NCBI RefSeq assembly: GCF_004010195.1
Contig: NC_057717.1
Coordinates: 56,431,126-56,495,125, forward strand
Origin: Chiloscyllium plagiosum
Lineage: Eukaryota
Direction of reading: 5' to 3'
Length of the DNA stretch: 64,000 nt
The translations under genes were made by a program, and so were the position numbers. This document shows positions 12,581 to 25,276 of the stretch, one piece after another. The notes beneath the pieces are model-generated. The model made no database searches. It was given only the letters and a program-made list of their open reading frames with translations, and was not told the origin of the DNA. Position 1 is the first letter of the stretch. Each line of letters begins with the position of its first letter.

Positions 12581-12882
12581 AGACACCGTCTCCCCCCACG
12601 CTTTATGGCTTGGTCTCCTCCTGTCAGGACCACAACAACGGTTCTACGATCTTCGGTTGTTTGGCGATGGACTATTTCCCTGAAATAACCAAGGTAACCT
12701 TGAAGAAAGGTGGGGAGCTAATCACGACTGGATTGAAGACTTACCCATCAGTGATATACAACAAGGGAACCTACACCCAGAGCAGCCAGTTAACCCTGCC
12801 CGTGTCAGCAGTAGATTGCCCCAGCAAAATCTACTGGTTCAACAAAGCGGGTCGCACAAGAGCAAAGAAATTCCATGTTAAG
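12581..12882 (+). pseudogene. IGHM: Immunoglobulin mu heavy-chain constant domain 1 (Cmu1/CH1) exon, shark type, frameshifted
   Basis: Acceptor tatatcctag| and donor AAG|gtaagt. Translation [79 protein letters not shown] closely resembles shark IgM CH1 ([36 protein letters not shown]). The core Trp is Leu (TTG). An inferred 4-nt deletion at the second canonical Cys makes the exon 302 nt instead of 306. The ancestral frame continues [14 protein letters not shown] then TAA. Confidence 0.9.
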
Positions 12883-13489
12883 GTAAGTGTTGTGGGAAAT
12901 TAGATAAACAGAACATCTATGATTAATATGAATAAGGCATTATTTATAACAGTTTTCACAGAATCACCTTATACAGCACAGGAAAAGACTCTTTGGTCCA
13001 TCCAGTCCACACTTATAAATAACAGCCACCCAACTATCCACAGCCTTGTGTGTCTTGCCTTTGCAAGTATGGATCTAAATAATTCCCTGTTTTGTTCTTG
13101 CAGTTAATAGAGCATATTAATTAGCCCTGTGTTGGTAATAATTTTTATCTATCTGTCATTCGCCGTTTAGTTGTTACAGTTACTGTATGGATTACTGCAC
13201 CTCTCTAGGTACGTAAGCAAAAGTTCAAAACTAAGTATTGTCTATAATTATTACAAAAATAGTTAGCATTTTAAAGACACCAAATGTGAAGAGGAATGTT
13301 GAAAGATAGATAACACTGAGGAATACAAGAAGTTGCAAGCAGTCATTAATTAATTTCCAGTATGGCCAAATAATTAGCAAATGAATATCCACACACTCAT
13401 AAACGTAAGTTGTTACATCTTGTTCAAATACGCATGTCTAGGTGAGTGAGTCAAACAAAGGGATCTCAGACAATTACATCAGTCACTAA

Positions 13490-14090
13490 CAATTTCACCA
13501 CAGGTTCCGAAGACCATAAAAATGCAAACACAGCTCTAAACTTTATCTCTAAAGTGATAGATTTGAAAGGAGGGTCCTTATAAAAATTAGTTGACTACAA
13601 TTAATGGTATTGCCTGCAGTTCCAGTTGACGCATTATAGAATGCACGAGAGGGAGTGAAGAGAAGATTTATAAGATGATAAACAAGTTTATGGCTTTTCA
13701 GGGAATAATTGTTGTGCTGTTCACTTCTCTCTTGAATAGAAGGCTGATAGTTCTAAAATTATGAAAGATTTTGAAAAGGGAAGGTACCGAGAAAACATTT
13801 CTCTATGGGGTAGAACTTAATTAGAGGCTATAAATATAAGACAGTGCCTCAGAAGAAACCTCTTCACTGAAAGCATGATGAGAACGGGGAATGTGTGACC
13901 AGACGGAATAGTTTAAATCAATCGTTTAGATGTATTTCAAGGAAACTTGGTGAGCACTTGGAAGGAATGGGAATATTGAATTGCAATGGGCGACTTAGAT
14001 GACAAAAGATGTGAAACAGCTTGAGTGGAGCATAACCACTGGCATGAACTGATTGCGCAAAATGCTCTGTTTCTGTTCTGTATTTCCTTT
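13490..14090 (+). mobile_element. Old CR1-clade LINE 3' fragment
   Basis: Degenerate YC.QF.S..Y, agaagattta and 3'UTR ctgtttctgttctgta. Confidence 0.6.
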
Positions 14091-15741
14091 GTCATTCTAT
14101 ATAAAAAAACCACCATTCTTTGAAACAAATACTGCATTAAGAACATTTAGAGGAATTACAAAGTATTTCACAAAAAATGGCACAAAAGTATACAGCACTG
14201 AATGCAAATGATTTTATCACATGGCCATTCTTCACTCTTTAATTGATTGCACTGAAACAGCAGTAATCACAATACACTTACTAGGAGTAGGAGTAATCCG
14301 TTGTCCATGAACCAATTGGGGGATTTTATTGAGTCATTAATGGCCTCAGGAGGGCCTGCCAACCTGGTCCTGGGAATGTTGTGTACTCTCGAGGCCTCAC
14401 GGCATCTTTCACTCACATACTTTGATTTCCAGTTCCTGTAATGATCGCTACCATGGACAGGAGACTGTTCCAGTATGCAGATGGGCTACCCTGTTGTGAG
14501 CCATGAGGTACTTCTTTAGGAGGGGCATCCTGCAGGCGTGCCTCCAGGATGCAAGAGGAGGTCTCCCACACAATGGAAGACCCACTTGCTGCAAGTAAGC
14601 TGCCAGCATTGGCGGGAACAAACTCTACAATGACCACCTGAGTGGCCATCCTTTCCCTAATTTGTGATCAATAAAATATTACGGACGTGGTAATATGAGA
14701 GGCACTGAAGCTCCTTCCTTCCCTAGTCTTCTTCCACCCTTTTATCCACCTATTGACCGTGCAGCCTATCCCGAGAGGGCTGATAGAATCCAGTCCCATT
14801 TCAATTTTCAAGAACACGAAGGGCTGGCAAACTGGTCAAAATTGATTAGGATCAAGATAAACAATCTTGGCCTGACTGTCAAATTCCAAAGGGAAACTTG
14901 ATATGAGTTCACCAAAAATGACGGAAGTACAGAAAAACCACTTACATCCATCAGAAACAAATTTCTACGAATGGCAAACGGGTGGTTTGCTATTTGGAAT
15001 GGAGCAGTGCATTTGAAAAGTCAACGAGGAGCAGCAATGTCTTGTGTCGGGCGTATGCACAGTTTGAAGCTGTTTGCTGGTTCTGTTTTGCTAAAGGTTT
15101 GGCAGATACATTCCAATATGAATTAATTAAATCTGCCAATGTGGACATTAAATACTCACATTTATGAGTAGCTTTAACTGGAAGAGGATGCACCGAATGC
15201 CAAACAGGACAAGGTTGTTGGCATGTATGAGAAGACATAATCTTGTGGGATAGCCAGACAGCTGTTTTTATGAATTTTAAAAAATACTAATCTTTATAGT
15301 TATCCTGCTGTTCCAAGAATAAGTAAGTGATCAAACCCAACAACAGAGAAGAGGATGATATGTTGGAGCATTCTCAAAGGCTGTAATGGGAGTAGAAAGA
15401 GCTGCATAACACAACAGAACTGAAGTAAAAGAATGCTCTCTATGACTCTTCGTTATGGATTATTTCAGTGTTAAACAGGTGGTGAAAATCTAATTGAGGA
15501 TCTTAAATATTTTGGAAAAGATGGGCATGGAAATTTGGATGTGGTTCCTTTCACAAAAGAAACCTTGAAATGTTGGCCATTTTCACTTCCGAAGAATAGT
15601 TGAGAAATATTTCCATGAACCATCAAAAGTATTTTCAATCCTACAACTGCAAATCTTTTATTTCTGGATTTACTTTTGCCACTAGGAAGTGTTGAATAAA
15701 TAAGCTAATGTTATAAATAGGCGGCACAAAAGAATATAAAA

Positions 15742-15956
15742 TTAGATTAGATTCCCTAAAGTGTGGAAGCAGGTTATTCGGCCAAATTAATCCACACAGA
15801 CCCTCCGAAGAGTAACACACCCAGACCCATTCCCCATATTTACCCCTGACTAATACACCTAACTCTATGGGCAATTTAGCATGGCTAATTCACCTGACCT
15901 GCACATCTTTGGACTGTGGGAGGAAACCGGAACATCCGGAGGAAACCCACACAAAC
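15742..15956 (-). mobile_element. HE1 SINE, 5'-truncated
   Basis: (tagat)n tail, ccctccgaagagtaac, aattcacctgacctgcacatctttggactgtgggaggaaacc. Confidence 0.88.
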
Positions 15957-16059
15957 TCAAATTAATGTCTCGGCTGTACTTTCACTACACATGTAGTCAC
16001 ATTCTGTTTTTTTTTTAATGCTCACACATTGCATTTGAACAGGAGAGGTAACTTACTGA

Positions 16060-16370
16060 AGTTTTATTTTATTCGTTCACCAGATCTTGGTGTTAAACAT
16101 CCCTAATTGCCCTTAAAGGTCCGTTTCCATGCAACAACTTGCTCTCCGACATAGAAGGGCAGTTAAGAAGGAAAGACACAACAATGATCAGATCCGTCAA
16201 GGACAGATTTCAATCCTTGGAGGACACTACTGAATAGTTCTGTTTCTGGGAAAATCTTACAGCTTCACAAGAAATTCATTCAGACATCACTTTGGGAACT
16301 GAATCCAAGCTCTCAAATTGGATTATTGTCTGGTCCTCATGATTACGATTCCAGTTATTAAATCACTGCA
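16060..16370 (-). mobile_element. Shark SINE-like repeat (same family as 45670-45945)
   Basis: catccctaattgccctt, agggcagttaaga, ggacagatttc..cctt..ggacact. Confidence 0.5.
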
Positions 16371-16801
16371 GTGTACTCTTACATAATCGTAGTACCTTGT
16401 TATGTTTTTGAGCAGTTTAAAATGCTTCACGAAAAACTATGTTGGTTAAAGTGGAGTCACTGTTACTTTTTACATTACACCACTGTCAATTTGTTTGCAG
16501 GAAGGACCATCTAAATTTTTTTTATTGGATTTCTTTGAGGGATAAATGATTTTCACAGAAAGAGTGGAGAGTTTCTTATTTTTTGTTGAAAGGTGCCATT
16601 GAATCTGATGCCAATCTAAGCATACAGCTTAAATTCATGCGTAATGCAACTTTTCAAACTGTAACCTGGTTGTTTTAGTGAAAGTTTGAACCAAGGTTTA
16701 ATTTTAATTTGAGATGTGTGTACAAAGAATACCATGGTACTATTTCAATTGTTTTTGGCATATTGCAAATATTAGCCACTAAAGGTATCCCTTGTCTAAG
16801 A

Positions 16802-17475
16802 GCACGGTGGCTCAGTGGTTAGCACTGCTGCCTCTGCACCAGGGATTCTTGTTCGATTCCAGCTTCAGACGACTGTCTGTGTGGAGTTTGTACCTTCTCG
16901 CCGTGTCTTCGTGGGATTACTACGGGTGCTCCAGTTACCTCACACAATCAAAAGATGTGCATATTAGGTGAATTGGCCATGCGAAATTGCCCAGAGTATT
17001 TAGGGATGTGTAGGTTAGATGTATTAGTCATTTATAAAAATCACAAAGAGCAGAAGTTCCAACAATCAGAGGATCGGTTGGGACGAAGTTGTTGGCTGCT
17101 TCCGCAATGTATGGATTCTATGATTGTTTTAAAAGAAATAATAGATTATCCAGTCACTATCGCACAGTGCAATGGCATTTCTTGAGTTTAAAATTGCTAT
17201 CTATTTGCAGGTTTGTCTGTTGTTTCAAAAGGCAGCACCTCAATATATTTGCTGGGTATGCGAACCAGTGTGTTGAAGTTGCTCAGTTTTCTCTGATTTG
17301 CATAGCAGAATGTTGTAGTAGCATTAATTTTAATTATTCATAAGTTATGTGTATTAAGTCAAAGGGTAAATACAGAGTAATAGGTTTGCTGGATGTGTCT
17401 GGGAGGGCTACTCTTCAGAGGGTCAGTGTGGCTCTTTTGAACAAAATGACCTGTTTACACACAGTAGGGATTCTA
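16802..17475 (+). mobile_element. HE1 SINE interrupted by an insert of about 330 bp
   Basis: Head gcacggtggctcagtggttagcactgctgcc and V-domain to about 17030; tail (ctcttcagagggtcagtgtgg..acagtagggattcta) at about 17360-17475. Confidence 0.8.
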
Positions 17476-17536
17476 CAAACCATTCCAGTGCTTAAAGCAG
17501 ATTTTGGCCCAATTAGGTAAAATTGCCAACTTTTTA

Positions 17537-18025
17537 GGTGAGCCACGAAGAGCAAGCTGTCTGGATGAATCACTTCTTGTTGCGGCAACTGTACCATTCA
17601 AGATCTGAGATGGTTACAGAGAGTAGCGAATTCGGCTCAGACAACGACAAAGGCACACCTTCCATTTATAGAATGCATCTACAAGGCCCGCTGCCAAGGA
17701 AAGGCCACCAGCATTCTTAAAGAGCCATCCCACCCTGACAATGCGTTTCTACAACCTTTACAATCGGAGAGAAGGTACAGAAGCCTGAACACACGCACCA
17801 GTCAGTTTCGTAACATTTTCTGTCCAACTGCTGTTAGAATACTGAATGGACTCCCAAAATCTTAACATTCGCCTGTACCTGTGTTCTTGTGTTTGGTGCT
17901 GTTGACCTATTATTTACTTATCTGTGCTACTGAACTATATAATCTGCCAGTATTGCTCGCAAGACAAAGCTTTTCACTGTGCCTCGGTACATATGATAAG
18001 AAATTCAATTCAATTCAATTCAATT
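17537..18025 (+). mobile_element. Rex1/Babar LINE 3' end
   Basis: Degenerate C-terminal ORF (..GNCTIQDL..LQRV.NS), ttttcactgtgcctcggtaca and (ttcaa)n tail. Confidence 0.7.
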
Positions 18026-20290
18026 GGGAAACTGCCTCCTGCGATTAGTCAGGTTGAAGCATTTATTAATTATCCACATGATAACTGAATTAGTGTTTTT
18101 CCTAGCGTTGTACTATGGAATTCGAATAAAAGACCATAGGCCTGGTGCTAAGAAAACGTTAAATTACAGCATTTGTGTCATTCCATAACTTGTAGATGAA
18201 CTCCTTTGTTATTGCATTTTCCCCATTACTTCATTTGCTTATGTAGCAGTATTTTCTGAATGGAGAGTTTCTTATTTCATCCAAAAGAACTGTGTGTAAT
18301 GAATAGAATCCTTGATCTCTGTACTGTCCTTCGAATCCATGCTTGTTTTCCACGGGTTCTTTATGTGCTCACTTCCAAAGTCAAGTCTTTCAGTTAACTT
18401 GTTATGAAGTCAAATTCAAATTGTTTGCAAGTAGATTTTCGAAACCCTTTGTAGAGCTGTGGAAATGCATTTTTTCAAAGGTTGTACAGGTTATTTATTG
18501 TCTCGTATCTCTGTTGCAGTCCAGCTTTTAGATCATCGAGTCAAGGACATGATGTTGTTTGATATTTAAGACATAATTTCTGTTTATTAGTTGCCAATTT
18601 CCTCTGCTATCCTCAAACGTACTGTACTATGGGCCATGGACCAATACAGTACTTCCTCAATTCCTCAACTGCATTCAAATGAAATAGCTTGAGGATGGAA
18701 GAAGAACAAGATGAAGATGGGTTTAGCAGCAGAGCAGTGGGTCCTGTAGATAGGTTTGATTTGATGGGTGAGGGTAAGGAGGGAGAGTAGAAAAACGGCT
18801 CTCAAACTTTAAGGGCTGGTTTACATCAGTAGCAGTGCATTACTTGTTCAATGCAGACCATCAGTAAAATGATATTAGTAGAGAAGATTTAATTCCAGTA
18901 CTGATAATGATAGCCAAGATCACAAAGAATTAGACATATAAAAACGCAAAGTTGATATTTTTTATTCTGCTTGAGGATCAATCGTTAAACTGTCTGTCCA
19001 GTAACTTCGTAGTTCATATCTTCAGATTAGTGCTACTGCGTGGCATAGATAGGGTACAATCATTTCCAACTATCGCCCCTTGATAGAATGTGTACTTCTT
19101 GATTGACAGTCTCACTTGAGTCCACAAGACACAATGCCGTTGGAAAGCTGCACATTGCTGAGGCATGATAGCGCAGGATTAAACAAAACAATAATTTGAA
19201 CAGCAGACAATATTGTGATCTGCTTGGTTTGAGTTCAAACCATTATGAAAGCTTATTTTAAATTATAGAATGCTGCTGCATCAATGAAGGCCACAGTCCA
19301 TCTTGTTCATAATGTATTTTAAAAAATATAATGAAACAAGAAAAATGAAATTGGTAATGTGAAGAGATTTGTGTGTGCAACAAAAGTGTGCATTTGGAAA
19401 AAGGAGCAGGTGACAACTAGCTTTTACAGGTGCTGAAACAACGTGACAATTCATTGCATTACATCTAAACTTAACAACTTTGGTAAAACCTTCTTGTCTT
19501 GACATTGTATCTCAATTCTTGTGATAAGCTGTGATGAAACATGAGATTGAATGAGATTGAATAAATAGAACAAACACCACATTGATTGTAACTGATGACT
19601 GAATTCTAAATGTTATGAGCAGAAATCAATTGCACCAGGATATTAACTGCACAATTTCTGGTGAATTAATCAGTCTAGATTAGTCTTCCACTATCTCTAT
19701 CCCGAATACTACTGCTGTCCTTCTGCAGAAAGAAGCAAGACCTTGCAGCTTAATTGTTTCCGGACTTTATTGGAGGAATGACGTTAGACTTGGCAAGGGT
19801 CCAAGTTAAAGGTACTATCTGCAATCAGAGACAATGGGACTGCATTTCAAAAAAAAAATAGGACGTTCTTTAGTGTCACAAAACTAGTCCTTGTTTGGTA
19901 AAAGTTATTCATTGTCTCAAGGAGACTCTGTCCTTGATTTTGTTTTGGCGGGGGTGGGGGGTTGGGTGCAGGTTCCGATCAGTGTGGTTTGCTACAGAGA
20001 GAAAAAGGATTTCAGAGGCCTTTTGTTTACGTATAAGCAGATGAGCCTTCAGGCTAAAGTGGTCATGCTTGACAAGTCACCTACACAATGAAAGGGGAGT
20101 GCTCAGCTCTTTAGCTGAGCTTGCTGAGCTAAACTGAGCAGGTTTGCAGTTGAGTTTGAACTGGAAAGTTCAATAGGGAGCTCTCTTTTCAGCCCTTCAA
20201 CTTCAACTTTAAGCATCTGTTCCATTGAAACTGTTTTTTAACGGGAGTTTGCTTAATGGAGCTGTTGTATTCGGAACAGCATAATTAAGT

Positions 20291-20580
20291 GGGCGGCAGG
20301 GTGGCACAATGGTTAGCACCAGAGTCCCGCATTCAATTCCATCCTCAGGCGACTGACTGTGTGGAGTTTGCACGTTTTCCCAGTGGCTGCGTGGGTTTCC
20401 TCCAGGTGCTCCGGTTTCCTCCACAGTCCAAAAATGTGCAGGTTAGGTGAATTGGCCATGCTAACTTGCCCGTAGTGTTCGTTGAATGGTTAAATGTAGG
20501 GTAGTGGGTCTAGGTAGGTTGCGCTTCAGCGGGTCGGTGTAGACTTGTTGGGCCGAAGAGCCTGTTTCCACAATGTAAGT
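20291..20580 (+). mobile_element. HE1 SINE
   Basis: gggcggcagggtggcacaatggttagcac head, V-domain, cctgtttccacaatgtaagt tail. Confidence 0.9.
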
Positions 20581-20679
20581 CATCTTATCAGTAAGTCTAG
20601 CTGGATAGGTTGTTTTCTATAGTGGTTCTTTGTGTAATGTTGTGAATAATGTTTTTGCCTGTGTAAAATCTAGTAGTTA

Positions 20680-20948
20680 AAAACAAGGACTGCAGATGCT
20701 GGAAGCAAGAATCCAGATTAGAGTGGTGCTGGAAAAGCACAGCAGGTCAGGCAGCATCCGAGGAGCAGGAAAATCGACGTTTTGTACAAAAGCCATTCAT
20801 CAGGAAGATAAGCATGAGCCCCTCTTCAGGAAACTCATGCCCGAAACGTCGATTCTCCTCCTCCTTGGATGCTGCCTGACCTGCTGCGCTTTTCCAGCAA
20901 CACATTTTCAGCTCTGATCTCCAGCATCTGCAGTCCTCACTTTCTCCT
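20680..20948. mobile_element. Foldback Penelope-derived element with degenerate hammerhead motifs
   Basis: ggactgcagatgctgg..cagcaggtcaggcagcatcc / ggatgctgcctgacctgctg..ccagcatctgcagtcc inverted arms. Confidence 0.8.
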
Positions 20949-21581
20949 ACGCCGAGATGAGGCTATCTCACTCCAGTAATTTTGACTGTACACCTAACGA
21001 AGTATATTGCAAAGTTATGCTTGGACTGCCTGCTTAAGAATGTTGTGAGTGGTCAAGGCTAGTTCATAACATTAGTCATTGCAATGTTAATGTAATTGCA
21101 GTTCCCGATGTTTTAAACAACTTTATAATAGTCTTAAGCTTGACAGTTTCAGGAAACAATTATGCGTTATTACTATGCGTTATTCAGTGGATTATGTTAA
21201 TTACTGAAAATATTTGATGAAAGTCAAAATTGTTTCCTGAACTTTTAAGATGACTTATATTCCCATTTAAAGGTGATGATACTTTGCTGTGAAGTGAAGG
21301 CTGAATCTGCTGTGATCATTTTGAGTATGGCCGTTTGCAGAGAAACGCCTTTAAATTCTATATCAAAGGAACACTTTATTGATTGAGAGCGTGGACTTTG
21401 GAGTGACATAATTAAGATTCACTTAGCGATTTCCCACTTGGCATATAGAGCAAAACATAAGTGAAATTCAACAGACCAGTTGACGAGAGATGGACATGTA
21501 TGTGACAGTCTCTAAACATTGTAACAATAAATTTAGAACTTGTTCAATCTCAGATTACTATGTATTATGTTATGTAATAAA

Positions 21582-21800
21582 AAGATTAGATTCCCTACAG
21601 TGTGGAAACATGACATTTGACCCATCAAGTCCACACCGACCCTCCAGAAATTAACCCACCAGACCAACTTCCCTCTCACGAATGCGCCGAACACTATGGG
21701 CAATTTAGCATGACCAATCCAACTGACCTACACATCTTTGGATTATGGGAGGAAACTGGAGCACCTGGAGGAAACCCATGCAGACACGGGGAGAATGTGT
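21582..21800 (-). mobile_element. HE1 SINE, truncated
   Basis: agattagattccctacagtgtggaaaca..ggaaacccatgcagacacggggagaatgtg. Confidence 0.85.
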
Positions 21801-22004
21801 AGCATTCTGGTATGGAACCCAGAGATAATTGGGCAAATTCAACACACTGCTTTGTACACCTAGCAAATACTTTCAGGTGCTGTCTTTCTCAACAACAGAG
21901 ACAGACCTGTCATTAGATAGCAACTTTAAACTCAAGAAATTCCAATACAATCTGCGATAGTGACCGGATAATCTATTGTTTCTTTTAAAAATCATAGAAT
22001 CAAG

Positions 22005-22270
22005 CCATTGTGGAAACAGGCACTTTCGGCCCAAGAAATTCACACTGAACCTCCAAAGAACAACCCACCCAGAAAATTTCCCTATCCTATCTCTCTACAT
22101 TTTACCGCTGTCTAATGCACCTAACGTACACATCCCTGAACACTCTGGGCAATTTAGCACGGTCAATTCACCTAACCTGCACATCTTTGGACTGTGTGAG
22201 GAAACCCACGCAGACACTGAGCGAATGTGCAAACTCCACACAGTCTCCTGACTGAGCCACCACGCCGCCC
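22005..22270 (-). mobile_element. HE1 SINE with internal deletion
   Basis: aattcacctaacctgcacatctttggactgtg..actgagccaccacgccgccc. Confidence 0.85.
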
Positions 22271-23694
22271 AAGTATTTTAACAAAAACAGTAAAACACTT
22301 CCATATAATTGGTGCTGTCTTCCATCTTGTTTAACTAACGAATGGTATTGTTGTTGGAGTGAGGTCTAGCTAAAGACTAAAATTGTTCTTAATATTGACT
22401 GCAGCCAAATCAAGGTATTTAAAGAGAGAAGACTTGCTCACTTATGTGACAAAGGATCGTAATATATATCTATTGTTTGAGACATTGGATTCTAAAGCAG
22501 TCGAACAACCTTTTGTTTCATTACATCTCTTCCCTGGATTTGTGCATAAAATCAGAGTATTTCAAATCTGATGCTTGTAACTTCAGGTATTGTGGGTGTG
22601 GAGAGACAGGAAAGAAAATTGAAACTGTCATGGCTAACAAACACAGTTGAACAGGGTTGACAAATTTAATTACACATTTCATTGTACTTCTTTTGCATAA
22701 AAAACAGTGACAGTGGAATTTATTGAAACAATCAGGAGAACTTAATCCTATTAAAAAAGGAATTTCATTTTCATTCAGATATTCAACGAGTTTGAAAGAG
22801 CTTTTTTTTTTCCCAGCTAATTCCTTCTTATAATTTTTTTCTCTCTTCCATGTCTTCCTCTGTTACTTTGAATTGTTTGTTCTTATCTTCATTGGAGATT
22901 CCAAAATTTAGCTGTTCTGGTTACTTGAATGTTGTGTGGTGCTGAGCTGGTTGAAACTTTCCATTTGGAGATGTTAGGTATGTTGAGATATCTCTCAACA
23001 TTCTTTGCTCCGTCATTTTTAAAAAAAATTTAAATGATTTTTATTTTCCATCAAACTGTATCATTTGCCAGGAATTTATGCCCTGACAAGATTAGATATA
23101 ATTTCTTCATTGTTAAAGCAATTCATGTCGTCTTTATGGATCTGAAAATGTAAAGATGTTAACTGTTCTTAACCATTCAACAGTATTGTTGTGTCGAAGG
23201 GGCTTAACTGTGGACATGTATTGATGCAGAGAACAGCTTTGTGGTATAATGTCGTCGATTATTTTGATATTGAGCTTCAAAAGATTAAACTCAGTACCTA
23301 TAATAGAGGCTTAAACTTGTGCATTTTAATGAGGTGAATAGCCAGGAACAGGTGCGTTCCTGTTGGAGATGCCTTTTTTCCCAAGAGATATTAAACAGAG
23401 GGCTGCTCTACCCCTGAGACGAACATTAATCATTCAGTGGTAATATTTTTGTCACAACAGAACTTAAACTTTTTACACCACAGATCAACTTATCCCAAAG
23501 AGTTTCACACTATTATAAATACTGTAAGAATAGTTTTTCCATAGTCATGTAAAGTGATGATCACGTCGATGGCCAACGGCTCCTTGTCAGAGGTAGGCTT
23601 GAGGACTTATGTGATAAGAGAAAGGCAAAGACGTTTTTGAGGGAATTTCAGAATTTAGACACATTCCCACAATTCTGGAGCAATTACACTTGAC

Positions 23695-23816
23695 CTGAGA
23701 GAATGTGCAAACTCCATGCAGACAGTCACCCGAGTCCAAAATTGAGCCCAGGTCCCTAGTACTTTCTGGAATCGAACCCGGGTCCTAGGTACTGTGAAGT
23801 ATCAGTGCTAACTACT
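23695..23816 (-). mobile_element. HE1 SINE 5' fragment
   Basis: gaatgtgcaaactccatgcagacagtcacccgag..gtgctaactactg. Confidence 0.7.
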
Positions 23817-24483
23817 GGCCAAAGTGGAGTGGGGGACGGGTGTTGGAAGGGTGGAATTAAAGTAAGAGCCTTGCAATATTTTCACTCCAAATAAAATGTC
23901 CCTGTTTCAGTAGCATTCATTTGATTCCAAAATTAACATCACAATCGAGCACTTGATCTTTCGCTGTGTGTTGTCAGGGAATCGCTAATTTCAGGAGTGA
24001 GGAAAGGAGCAAACTCTTTTCTCATATTAGCATACTATGTTTTGATCAATGAATGTCGTCCATATAGTGCACTGGCTAACATCAACTCTGTGGATCTATT
24101 AGTTTAAAAGATGAAATGCAAGGCTATTCCTAAAAGTGAAAACAGCTTTTAAGAACCTTTTCTTGTTTAATTATGACAGTTTCTGCATTGACTATCAACA
24201 CAAAATGAACATAAATAGATTTCATTTCAAATTTGGAAATGGTGATAATTTGAATTTTTGACAATGTAATTAATGTTGCAAACTCTCCTTAAAATGTGCA
24301 AGATGTTCTGTGAACATTGCTGCAGAATATTCTAATTGCCAAAGCATGACATGAAGAAGGCAAAGTTTGCTCACTCTTCTGCGTGACTATATATAACTTT
24401 TTATATTTGCATTCTCGTTGCAAATTCGGAGCAAATTATCCATTCAGAGGGATTGACACTGTTTCCTTTTTTCTCTTCTGCAG

Positions 24484-24597
24484 TACGAGCAGTGGCCCAA
24501 CTAGGCCTGGGAGATAGAAGGAGTTATTGTGAGGTGTTCTTCAACAGAGACCAAATGAAACCAAGCAGACAACAAGGGTGCAAAATTGTCGGGGCAA
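24484..24597 (+). CDS. Candidate internal exon of an unknown gene (phase 1-1)
   Basis: ttttttctcttctgcag| ... |gtatgg; open frame RAVAQLGLGDRRSYCEVFFNRDQMKPSRQQGCKIVGA. Confidence 0.4.
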
Positions 24598-25024
24598 GTA
24601 TGGTTTGTTTCCTTTCTGCCATTCCTTCTTTTATAGATAACTAATCTGTCTGTATTTTAAGTATCTGTGTTGGGGATATGGCCAGGCCTATTAATATGTT
24701 AGAAATTAGCTGAAACTGTCCATTTATTTGCATTAAAGTTGAGGCCGAACTGAGATCTACCATGATTATATTAAAGGGTGGAGCAGGCTTAAGGGTCTGA
24801 ATTGCCTCCTGCTCCAAGTACTTGTGGTCAAATCAGGAGTATTTTTATCCAAACTCTTCTGAAGGTTAATTGTGTATCAGAGATTAAAAGGAAATGAGCA
24901 AGGAGAATTTCTTACTTAATTTTACTTTCTTTAGAAAATAGCTCAAGATGTAGCATCAAAGCAAGCAATAAAATTTTAAGAATTCCTTCCCTTACCAAAT
25001 ATTGCAGATGTGCTTGCATTAGAT

Positions 25025-25276
25025 TTGCTACACTTGGAAACATGCCATTTAGCCCAACATGTCCACACCAACCCTCCGAAGAGTAACCCACTCAGACTCT
25101 TTCCCCTCTGACTAATGAAACTTACACTCTGGGCAACTGATCACGGCAAATTCACCTAAACTGCACACACGGAGAATGTGTAAACTCGACACAGGTAGTT
25201 GCCCGAGGCTGGAATCAAAGCTGCGACCCTGGTGCTGTGAGGCAGCACTGCTATCCACTGAGCCACCATGCCGCCC
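25025..25276 (-). mobile_element. HE1 SINE
   Basis: ccctccgaagagtaaccca..gcagcactgctatccactgagccaccatgccgccc. Confidence 0.88.

Larger units (their letters stand above)
19611..21071. mobile_element. Putative solo LTR with two nested elements
   Basis: Termini TGTTATGAGC..GTTCATAACA form a 9/10 inverted repeat with TG..CA ends; no clear TSD. Confidence 0.4.

Noticed and set aside
14315-14796. MITE with ggattttat/atagaatcc ends
   Set aside because: Inverted repeat too degenerate and no TSD visible
16802-16870. tRNA gene
   Set aside because: tRNA-derived head of an HE1 SINE, continuous with the V-domain
18690-18790. Acidic MEEEQDEDG stretch as an IgM TM exon
   Set aside because: No hydrophobic transmembrane segment follows
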